DNA from: Chloroflexota bacterium
GTDB lineage: Bacteria; Chloroflexota; Anaerolineae; Anaerolineales; Villigracilaceae
Length of the DNA stretch: 64,000 nt
Assembly: GCA_016195815.1 (NCBI GenBank)
Contig: JACPYX010000004.1
Location: 69,168-133,167, forward strand
Reading direction: 5' to 3'
A program made the translations under genes and the position numbers. This document shows positions 57,247 to 64,000 of this stretch, one piece after another. How positions within the stretch are numbered: the first letter of the stretch is position 1; each line of letters starts with the position of its first letter. The notes beneath the pieces were generated by a model that saw only the letters and a list, made by a program, of their open reading frames with translations, was not told where the DNA came from and did no database searches.

Positions 57247-58785
57247 ATGGAAGATAAAGAACAAGGATATCGCATCATCTTTGAAGCCGCCAGTGACGGC
57301 ATGATCATCAACGATGCAGAAACCGGCCGCGTGGTGGACGCCAACCCTGCCGCCATCGCGATGCACGGTTTTACGCGCGAGGAATTCATCGGCTTGCATC
57401 TCACGGCATACATCCATCCCGACAGCCAGCGCCTGTTCATTGAATCTGCCCATGACGCTCGGCCGGGTGGCATATTCGATGTGCCGGCAGTTCATTTGCG
57501 GAAGGACGGCTCATCGTTCTATGTGGATGTGCGCAGAACAGCCATCCGGTTTCAGGCCCGACCATGCCTGCTCAGCGTTGTCCGGGATGTCAGCGAGCGG
57601 ATCAATGCAGAACGCCTGCTTCACGAGCGCGTGGAACTCCACACGCGTGAGCAAGCAGCGCTACTAGAGATCTCCCAAACCCTGGCATCTGCATTGGAAC
57701 TCAAGCCGGGTTTGATCCTTGACCAGTTGCGGGTATTGGTCGAGTACACCCATGCTGAATTGTTCGTGCTCGAAGGAACCGCTATGGTCGCTCTGGCGGT
57801 ACGCGGGTCACAACGATTGGAGGAAACCGTTCCCTTCCGTATACACTTGCAGGGCCCCGAGACTCTGTTGAAGCTGTTCAATGAACACCAGCCTGATCGC
57901 ATCGCCGATGTATGGAGCGCCGAACCCTCAGCCCAATTTCTCCGGTCACTTCTGAATGATCAGGCGGATCTGTTGTTGAAAGGGGTGCGGGCTTGGATGT
58001 GGGTTCCCGTGGCTGTAAAAAACCGCGTCATTGGCAGTGTAGGCGTTGCACATGTTGAGCGGGATTACTTTACGGCTCATCACGCAGATTTGGCGCTGAC
58101 TGTGGCAAACCAGGCCGCGATCGCCTTGGTCAATGCCGAGCTGTTTGAACACGCGCAAGCGCTCGCCGCCATGCAGGAACGCCAGCGCCTGGCACAGAAC
58201 CTGCATGATGCCGTCAATCAGTCGCTCTTCTCCGCCGGTCTGATCGCGGATGTCCTGCCGCGCTTGTGGGATCGGGATCAGGATCTGGCGCGGAAGTCGC
58301 TGATTGATCTGCGCCGATTGACGCGCGCCGCACAGGCGGAAATGCGCGCGCTGTTGGCTGAACTGAGGCCCTCCGCAATAACCGATACGGACCTTGGCGA
58401 TCTGTTGCATCTTTTGGGAAATGCGCTCTCGGGTCGGATCAATATTCCGGTCACAGTCACTGTAGCGAAGGAAATCATCCTGCCCGCCGAAGTGCAAGTG
58501 GCATTCTACCGCGTCTGTCAGGAAGCGCTGAATAATGTTGCCAAGCACGCCGAAGCCAGCCAGGTGGATATCGATTTAAAGTATGAGGGCACAACCGTAG
58601 AATTGCGTATTCGCGACGATGGCAAAGGCTTTGATCCTGAACGGACACTTTCAGGTCACTATGGCTTGGGCATGATGCGCGAGCGCGCCGAAGCCGTTGG
58701 GGCGCTATTAACCGTCACCAGCCGGCCCAGTCACGGCGCTGAACTCGTCATGCGCTGGAGGAAAGACGTACAGAAGGAGGCCTAA
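57247..58785 (+). CDS. Sensor histidine kinase, cytoplasmic PAS-GAF-HisKA_3-HATPase (NarL-partner type)
   Basis: 512 aa from the ATG at 57247. The H-box region RLAQNLHDAVNQSLF is typical of HisKA_3. C-terminal HATPase (GLGMMRERA). Confidence 0.85.
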   Translation: MEDKEQGYRIIFEAASDGMIINDAETGRVVDANPAAIAMHGFTREEFIGLHLTAYIHPDSQRLFIESAHDARPGGIFDVPAVHLRKDGSSFYVDVRRTAIRFQARPCLLSVVRDVSERINAERLLHERVELHTREQAALLEISQTLASALELKPGLILDQLRVLVEYTHAELFVLEGTAMVALAVRGSQRLEETVPFRIHLQGPETLLKLFNEHQPDRIADVWSAEPSAQFLRSLLNDQADLLLKGVRAWMWVPVAVKNRVIGSVGVAHVERDYFTAHHADLALTVANQAAIALVNAELFEHAQALAAMQERQRLAQNLHDAVNQSLFSAGLIADVLPRLWDRDQDLARKSLIDLRRLTRAAQAEMRALLAELRPSAITDTDLGDLLHLLGNALSGRINIPVTVTVAKEIILPAEVQVAFYRVCQEALNNVAKHAEASQVDIDLKYEGTTVELRIRDDGKGFDPERTLSGHYGLGMMRERAEAVGALLTVTSRPSHGAELVMRWRKDVQKEA

Positions 58786-59435
58786 TGACAATTTCTCCCT
58801 CCAAACCCATTCGTGTCATGCTCGTGGACGATCATCTGATGGTTCGTCGAGGGCTGGCAACTTTCCTGAAGGTGTTCGATGATCTGGAATTGGCGGGCGA
58901 AGCCGAAAGTGGCAAAGCGGCCATTCAACTCTGCGGCGAGATCCTGCCCGATGTGATCCTCATGGATATGTCCATGCCGGACATGGATGGCTCTGCCGCG
59001 ACACGGATCATCCGCAAGCAGTTTCCGCAAGTACAAGTCATTGCGCTGACCAGCTTCAAAGAGGGGAAACTGATCAAGATCGCCCTGGAAGCTGGCGCGA
59101 TTGGCTATTTACTTAAGGATGTCTCTGCCGACGAACTGGTACGCTCTATCCGCTCTGCACACGCCGGACGCGCCACACTCTCGCCGGAGGCCGCTCAAGC
59201 CCTGGTCGAGGAAACCAATCAACCGCCCGCGCCCGGTCTTGATCTGACAGAGCGTGAGCGTGAAGTTCTAAAGCTGATGATCGAAGGGCTGAACAACACG
59301 CAGATCGCCGGAAGATTGACCGTCAGTCCATCCACGGTCAAATCCCACGTCAGTAATATCCTTTCCAAATTAGGCGTCGCCAGCCGCACGGAAGCCGTAA
59401 CGATGGCCCTGCGCAACCGCATCGTCTCGTCCTAG
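58785..59435 (+). CDS. NarL/LuxR-family response regulator
   Basis: 216 aa. REC domain (VMLVDDH, ILMDMSMPDMDG) plus a LuxR HTH (LTEREREVLKLMIEGLNNTQIA). The start overlaps the HK stop. Confidence 0.9.
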   Translation: MTISPSKPIRVMLVDDHLMVRRGLATFLKVFDDLELAGEAESGKAAIQLCGEILPDVILMDMSMPDMDGSAATRIIRKQFPQVQVIALTSFKEGKLIKIALEAGAIGYLLKDVSADELVRSIRSAHAGRATLSPEAAQALVEETNQPPAPGLDLTEREREVLKLMIEGLNNTQIAGRLTVSPSTVKSHVSNILSKLGVASRTEAVTMALRNRIVSS

Positions 59436-59466
59436 CCCAAATTTCCCCCAAGTGGCGGAGTAGGAT

Positions 59467-59505
59467 ACTCCCCAGTCGCAGGATGCGACTGGGGAGTGTT
59501 TGTTG
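59467..59505 (+). terminator. Rho-independent terminator after the NarL-type RR
   Basis: Perfect 13-bp stem ACTCCCCAGTCGC / GCGACTGGGGAGT, loop AGGAT, then GTTTGTTG. Confidence 0.7.
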
Positions 59506-59517
59506 TAGGATGAGTGT

Positions 59518-59886
59518 ATGACCCGCGTATATTTAGCCGATGCCAAATCCGAAGAACGCGCCTCCCTGCGTCTCTTGCTACTTGATCTGAAGATGGAGAT
59601 CGCTGGTGAAGCCGCCGACTGGCCAACAACGTTAGCCCAAGCACCAGTCAGCCACACAGACATGTTGCTGGTGGATTGGGATTTAATCCCAAGCGCGCCT
59701 GGTGCGGCTCTTGGCGAACTCCGGAAGGCCTGCCCGGCCGCGCTGGTCATTGTGCTCATCAGCCATCTGGACGCCCGTCAACAAGCCGCACTCTCAGCCG
59801 GCGCCGATGCGTTTATCAGTAAAGGTGAAACGCCGGATCGTGTGGCCGAACGCCTGCGTTCCGTTGCCGCGAGCATTCGTGTTTGA
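59518..59886 (+). CDS. Single-domain response regulator (receiver only), atypical acidic pocket
   Basis: 122 aa. Acceptor context LLVDWDL, with conserved S (VLIS) and K (FISKG). The N-terminal pocket reads LADA instead of DD. Confidence 0.7.
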   Translation: MTRVYLADAKSEERASLRLLLLDLKMEIAGEAADWPTTLAQAPVSHTDMLLVDWDLIPSAPGAALGELRKACPAALVIVLISHLDARQQAALSAGADAFISKGETPDRVAERLRSVAASIRV

Positions 59887-59924
59887 TGTCAACTGGCTGA
59901 ATGAGAGACAAAAACCGGCGCACT

Positions 59925-59963
59925 ATACTGTCCCGAGCGCTGGCGCAAACCGGGACAGTATTT
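59925..59963 (+). terminator. Hairpin after the single-domain RR
   Basis: ATACTGTCCCG (59925-59935) pairs with CGGGACAGTAT (59951-59961), then TTCG. The U tract is weak. Confidence 0.45.
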
Positions 59964-60004
59964 CGTGAATAGAAGTTTTTTTAAAACAATCGAAAGGAGG
60001 TTCT

Positions 60005-60244
60005 GTGAATAAAGATGTTTTTGCAGGCAAGTGGAAACAGATCCGAGGTGAGGCCAAAGCGTGGTGGGGCAAACTCACTGACGATGATTTGGAGCGCGCG
60101 GCCGGCAAGTTCGACGTTCTGGCTGGCCTGCTTCAGGAAAAATACGGCTATACCCACCAGCGCGCAACCGATGAAATCGATCGACGCGTGACGGAGTACG
60201 AGGCCAATTTGAACAAGAAGACGGTGCCACGCCCCGGTAAATGA
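60005..60244 (+). CDS. CsbD-family general stress protein
   Basis: 79 aa. GKWKQIRGEAKAWWGKLTDDD...LQEKYGY is the CsbD signature. GTG start after AAAGGAGG. Confidence 0.85.
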   Translation: MNKDVFAGKWKQIRGEAKAWWGKLTDDDLERAAGKFDVLAGLLQEKYGYTHQRATDEIDRRVTEYEANLNKKTVPRPGK

Positions 60245-60310
60245 GTCAAATTGGATCATCAAAAACAAACACCAATCCGTACAACTCAATCATATACATA
60301 GGAGCTAAAA

Positions 60311-60568
60311 ATGAACCTTCTTATATACTTGCTCGTGGCCGCAGTAATCGGCTGGATAGCGACCGAACTCATGCATGACCGCTCGAACCTGCTTATCAAT
60401 ATCGTCGTGGCAGTCGTGGGTGCATTCATCGCTGGTTACTTCCTCAGCCCCATCTTTCGTGTTGGGACAATCAATGATGCGATCACCATTTCGACCATGC
60501 TGGTTACCCTGCTTGGATCTTTGATCCTGCTGGTGGTTGTCAACTTCTTCCGAAGAGGGCGCGGTTAG
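60311..60568 (+). CDS. GlsB/YeaQ/YmgE family (transglycosylase-associated) stress membrane protein
   Basis: 85 aa, 3 TM segments, with family-typical IGWIA and GAFIAG segments. Confidence 0.85.
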   Translation: MNLLIYLLVAAVIGWIATELMHDRSNLLINIVVAVVGAFIAGYFLSPIFRVGTINDAITISTMLVTLLGSLILLVVVNFFRRGRG

Positions 60569-60718
60569 CCCGACTGTGTTTCTTCCCCGTCCCTCGTCAA
60601 TGGGCTGGTTACGGTGCTTTGCTTAACCATGTCGCAGACTAATCCTGAATAATCAGATTATGTTTTAGTGATCAGGTTGGCACAATTATCAATCAGTTCC
60701 ATACCAAGAAAGGTCAAA

Positions 60719-61135
60719 ATGTCAAACGACAACAGAGTATCGCAAGTTACATCCTCGCAACAGGAGCCCGAACGCGAACAACGCATCTTTACTTTTAAGG
60801 CCACTCAATTGGTCTGGCTGTTGTTCGGCGTCCTTGAAGCCCTCATTGCGCTGCGCATCGGCTTGAAGCTGATCGGCGCCAATCCCGAGAGCCCGATCGT
60901 TGCCCTGATCTATGGGTTCACCTACCTGTTCCTGTTTCCTTTTACCGGCCTGGTTGGCTCTCCAACGGCCGGTGCGATGGTCCTTGAACTCTCCTCCATG
61001 TTTGCCATGCTTATCTATGGCCTGATCGCATGGGCTATAGAAAGGACCGTCTGGCTGGTTTTTTACCGCCCGAGCGGTGGTCCTGTAGTAGGCGTTACTG
61101 AAACTACAACCAGCGAGCATCATAGCACCCCATAA
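60719..61135 (+). CDS. YggT-like membrane protein
   Basis: 138 aa from the ATG at 60719. QLVWLLFGVLEALIALRIGLKLIGANP...FLFPF resembles the YGGT repeat family. Confidence 0.6.
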   Translation: MSNDNRVSQVTSSQQEPEREQRIFTFKATQLVWLLFGVLEALIALRIGLKLIGANPESPIVALIYGFTYLFLFPFTGLVGSPTAGAMVLELSSMFAMLIYGLIAWAIERTVWLVFYRPSGGPVVGVTETTTSEHHSTP

Positions 61136-61150
61136 ACCCGAGAGGCAAGA

Positions 61151-61309
61151 ATGGATAGATCTTTCCGTAGACAAGCATCAGACACGCAGCGATCGAGCAG
61201 CTTCCTGGCCGGACTGCAGATTTTTCACGGCATTCTAAATTGGCTGGCGGGTCTCATTCAGTTGACGGAAGAAGAACAAGATGATGCTGGTATCTATTTA
61301 GGCGATTAA
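61151..61309 (+). CDS. Unannotated small ORF (52 aa), hypothetical
   Basis: GAGAGG 5 nt before the ATG. Reads MDRSFRRQASDTQRSSSFLAGLQIFHGILNWLAGLIQLTEEEQDDAGIYLGD. It is followed by a 42-nt perfect hairpin and is not in the supplied track (<60 aa). Confidence 0.3.
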   Translation: MDRSFRRQASDTQRSSSFLAGLQIFHGILNWLAGLIQLTEEEQDDAGIYLGD

Positions 61310-61321
61310 AGCGACAATTAT

Positions 61322-61363
61322 GCATGGCCGATGCTGAATCTGCGAATTCAGCATCGGCCATGC
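61322..61363. terminator. Perfect 18-bp hairpin without U tract
   Basis: GCATGGCCGATGCTGAAT-CTGCGA-ATTCAGCATCGGCCATGC. Confidence 0.45.
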
Positions 61364-61406
61364 TCAACAAACACTCACAACATTTGAAAGACAAGGAGAA
61401 AGCACA

Positions 61407-61763
61407 ATGATCAATGAGAATCAGGAATCGGAAAACCACAACAATCACAATATTTTAGGCATTTTAGCCGGACTGTTGATTGGCAGTCTGGCTGGCGCAG
61501 TGACAATGCTCTTGCTGGCGCCGCAATCCGGAGAAGAGACCAGGATGCAGATTCAGGAAAAAGGCATTGAACTGCGCGAACAGACCGCTGGGATCATGGA
61601 AAATGCCATGGCGCAGGTGCGTTTGGATAAGAACAAAATCACCATGGGCGGGCGTCGGAAGGCCAAAGAATTATTGCAACACGGTCAAGCGCTGGTGGTT
61701 GAGCAATTGGAGCGCGTCTCCGATGCCGCACAAGCCGGAAAAAAGGCAATCCAAAGCTCCTAA
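61407..61763 (+). CDS. YtxH domain general stress protein
   Basis: 118 aa. N-terminal TM segment followed by APQSGEETR, the YtxH signature. AAGGAG SD. Confidence 0.8.
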   Translation: MINENQESENHNNHNILGILAGLLIGSLAGAVTMLLLAPQSGEETRMQIQEKGIELREQTAGIMENAMAQVRLDKNKITMGGRRKAKELLQHGQALVVEQLERVSDAAQAGKKAIQSS

Positions 61764-61882
61764 GGCTGAAATGGCATATGTCAACTTTACGAAAGGAGAA
61801 AAATCGAACCGATACGACAAGGTTCCTACGCTCTTCGTAGAGTAATTCCGTTTCATACTTAAATCATTAAGGAGAGATCAAA

Positions 61883-62038
61883 ATGAACATGGAAAAGATT
61901 AAGTGGATATTGCTTGCTGTATTTCTGATCTTGGAGGGTTTGATGCTACTGGGTGTGAATATCGGCGGATCGATCATGGCCCTCATTGCTGGCATCAGCG
62001 CCATAATTGCAGGCGTCCTGTTCCTGATCAACCGCTAA
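61883..62038 (+). CDS. Unannotated small membrane protein (51 aa, 2 TM)
   Basis: AAGGAGAG SD 6 nt before the ATG. Reads MNMEKIKWILLAVFLILEGLMLLGVNIGGSIMALIAGISAIIAGVLFLINR. A strong terminator follows. Confidence 0.45.
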   Translation: MNMEKIKWILLAVFLILEGLMLLGVNIGGSIMALIAGISAIIAGVLFLINR

Positions 62039-62045
62039 ATCCGAT

Positions 62046-62085
62046 GCCACCTGGCTGCTCTAGCCAGGTGGCTTGTCTTTATTTG
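62046..62085 (+). terminator. Rho-independent terminator closing the stress-gene cluster
   Basis: Perfect 11-bp stem GCCACCTGGCT / AGCCAGGTGGC, loop GCTCT, then TTGTCTTTATTT. Confidence 0.75.
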
Positions 62086-62184
62086 AGAAAATATTATTGG
62101 AACCGTATTGAGAATATCATAAGATGCGGGACGAGGAGTTTATATGTCCGGAACAAATAACACGAAAGGATTCCGCCGAATCAC

Positions 62185-62763
62185 TTAGAGCCTGTATGCA
62201 AAATCAGAAAAGAGGAAAATGGAAGCAATCGTAATAATGGCAGAGAAGTTGACAGCCCGTTTTTCATAGCGAGTGGCAATCCGACGAAATTGTTTGAGAC
62301 GATTGATGAGGCGTTCAACAATGTTTCGTTTGCGATAGTGCTGTTTGTTGAACGAACCTCTGCAGCGCTCATTACTGCGACGAGCAATGGTACAACGAAT
62401 GTGCTTGCGATGGAGATACCTTCGAAAGGTAACACTGGTGTAGCCTTTATCGGCAACTAAACGCTCCGGGTGTTGGTGGGATTGCACCGTTGTGGAGTCG
62501 ATGAAATGGATCTCCCAATCCACATTGCTCTCCACATCCAGAGCCGTCTGAAGCTCAGCAAACATCTTGTTCCAGACCCCCGACTTACGCCAACGTTGGA
62601 AGCGACTGTAGATGGTTGTCCACTTGCCATAGCGTTCCGGCATATCTCGCCAGGGTGTACCGGTTCGCAGCACCCACAAAATGCCGTTCAGGAGTTGCCG
62701 ATGGTCTTGGGCAGGTCGTCCACGTTTCGTTTTTGCCTTCGCAAAAGTTCTATCTGCTCCCAT
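62185..62763 (-). pseudogene. IS5-family DDE transposase, defective
   Basis: Carries LNGILWVLRTGTPWRDMPERYG, IDSTTV, ADKGY and NIVERLINRLKQFRRIATRYEK. About 70 aa between AHQH and ADKGY are missing. The N-terminal MPLNWLAWQ segment is in another frame with a stop. Confidence 0.7.
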
Positions 62764-62838
62764 TATTCATTGCTTAGGTCACCACGGTTTGCCATGCCAA
62801 CCAGTTTAATGGCATTTTTCAAATTTGCATACAGACCC
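62188..62838 (-). mobile_element. IS5-family (IS1031/IS427-like) insertion sequence, internally deleted, ~651 bp, with terminal inverted repeats and flanking TA
   Basis: IRs are GAGCCTGTATGCAAAAT (62188-) and the reverse complement of AAATTTGCATACAGACCC (62821-62838), which reads GGGTCTGTATGCAAATTT. TA lies at 62186-62187 and 62839-62840. Confidence 0.75.
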
Positions 62839-63308
62839 TAATGATTCTTCTGCCAAATTACCCAATTGAGAACCATGGCAAACGAAACCCACGCGAGGTA
62901 GGGTAACAAGAGAATACCTGCCAACAAGTTCAGTCGCCAGAAAGAAATTAATGTGGCTAGAATGAGAATCCATAACGCGGCAATATCGATCAGTGCGCTA
63001 CGAATTTGGTGACGGCCGAAGAATAGCCAACTCCAAGCGGCGTTCAACAGCAGTTGCAGGACGAATAGGCTGAGCGGAACGAGGGCGGCGCTGATTCCAT
63101 AACGTTGCCAGACGAGCCAGGCAGCGGCGGCCATTAGCAAATACAAGATGGTCCAAACGGGTGCAAAGATAGAGTTCGGTGGGTTCCAACTGGGTTTATT
63201 CAGTTTGCGATACCACTCGTCAGGAAGGAATCGCGCTCCGATGGCAGCTGTCCCGAAAGTAAGCACTAACCAACCTGCTGCGCCAATGATGGAAATCGTA
63301 GTTGTCAT
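62838..63308 (-). CDS. tspO: TspO/MBR family tryptophan-rich sensory protein
   Basis: 156 aa from the ATG at 63308 (GAGG SD). Five TM helices, Trp-rich, with PSWNPP and FAPVWTILY motifs. Confidence 0.85.
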   Translation of the reverse strand: MTTTISIIGAAGWLVLTFGTAAIGARFLPDEWYRKLNKPSWNPPNSIFAPVWTILYLLMAAAAWLVWQRYGISAALVPLSLFVLQLLLNAAWSWLFFGRHQIRSALIDIAALWILILATLISFWRLNLLAGILLLPYLAWVSFAMVLNWVIWQKNH

Positions 63309-63573
63309 GGAGTACCTCTTTCGAATAATGAATGTTTGTGCCTGTCGATGATTGCTGCTTCTTGTATCTGCCCAACGGTGTGCGTTAGCCGCAAGTGGGC
63401 GGGAGGAGACTCGGCTTGAGAGCAGAAAAAACTCGATGCCAGAAAAATGCTCGAAAATGCCGCAGAATCCCACACGTCAGGTGCATGCTTTGTTGGGCAA
63501 ATCCGATTGAGCAAGACACGCTACCTAAAAAAGACAATACCGCTTACTTGATTAACTTTTACACACAACCTTA

Positions 63574-63993
63574 CTAATTTCGTTTGAATAGCGGGTGATT
63601 GGCATTAAGTTGTAGTAAGTCCCATAAATTTCCATATAAATCTTCAAATACAGCAACCAGTCCGTAAGTTTCTTCTTTTGGAGCTCTTACAAACTTTATG
63701 CCTTTGGAGACCATCTCGTTATAATCTCTCCAAAAATCATCTGTGTTAAGAAAAAGAAATACTCTTCCGCCTGCTTGATTGCCAATAAAGGGTTGTTGTT
63801 CTGGTTTTGATGCCCTAGCGAGAAGAATTGTTGTTCCACTTGAGCCAGGAGGAGAAACTACAACCCAACGCTTATCTTGCTCTGGCTGATATATATCTTC
63901 GACAAGTGTAAAGTGAAGTTTCTCAGTATAGAAAGCAATAGCTTCATCATAGTCTCTCACAACTAATGCAATATGTACAATTGACTGTTTCAC
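63574..63993 (-). CDS. VOC (glyoxalase/bleomycin resistance) family protein
   Basis: 139 aa. HIALVVRDYDEAIAFY and a paired beta-alpha-beta-beta-beta module pattern. The gene is visibly AT-richer than the rest of the window. Confidence 0.8.
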   Translation of the reverse strand: MKQSIVHIALVVRDYDEAIAFYTEKLHFTLVEDIYQPEQDKRWVVVSPPGSSGTTILLARASKPEQQPFIGNQAGGRVFLFLNTDDFWRDYNEMVSKGIKFVRAPKEETYGLVAVFEDLYGNLWDLLQLNANHPLFKRN

Positions 63994-64000
63994 AAGGATT

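Overview
64 kb chromosomal segment with about 55 protein genes on both strands. GC is moderately high, with visibly AT-richer patches near 56.5-57.0 kb and 63.5-64.0 kb. I found no rRNA, tRNA or CRISPR array by eye. Gene content, Ala/Pro/Thr-rich lipoprotein linkers, a Gram-positive-type LexA box and GxxExxY cassettes suggest a Chloroflexota (Anaerolineae-like) genome; this is inference only.

Layout:
- 0-28 kb: a purine/nucleoside catabolism neighbourhood. It holds a knotted carbamoyltransferase fragment, carbamate kinase, two BMP-family ABC uptake systems, an XDH-family FAD subunit plus a fused FeS/molybdopterin subunit, PLP enzymes, a cyclic amidohydrolase and formiminotransferase-cyclodeaminase.
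- 28-52 kb: housekeeping genes (dcd, metG, rpoD, polyprenyl synthase, tatD, PGM, cysteine desulfurase-mnmA, S9 peptidase, asnS, aspS), plus a hybrid histidine kinase with a REC-ParA-like partner.
- 52-64 kb: a more accessory region. It holds a LexA-box gene pair, two two-component systems, a sugar transferase, IS3 and IS5 remnants, a cluster of small general-stress proteins, tspO and a VOC gene.

Most interesting observations:
1. A short ORF whose core is nine consecutive Asn/Asp codons, embedded in a four-segment terminator/antiterminator structure upstream of the aspS-asnS operon.
2. An analogous Met-rich short ORF plus intrinsic terminator upstream of metG. Neither leader has T-box motifs.
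3. A perfect 24-bp palindrome containing GAAC-N4-GTTC laid over a consensus promoter. It sits in front of a Pro-rich membrane protein gene and a frameshifted lytic transglycosylase.
4. A nested-palindrome repeat family with three copies, two of them inside operons.
5. An internally deleted GxxExxY cassette flanked by inverted repeats, splitting a cysteine desulfurase-mnmA pair.

All functional calls rest on motif recognition in the supplied translations. No database search was run.
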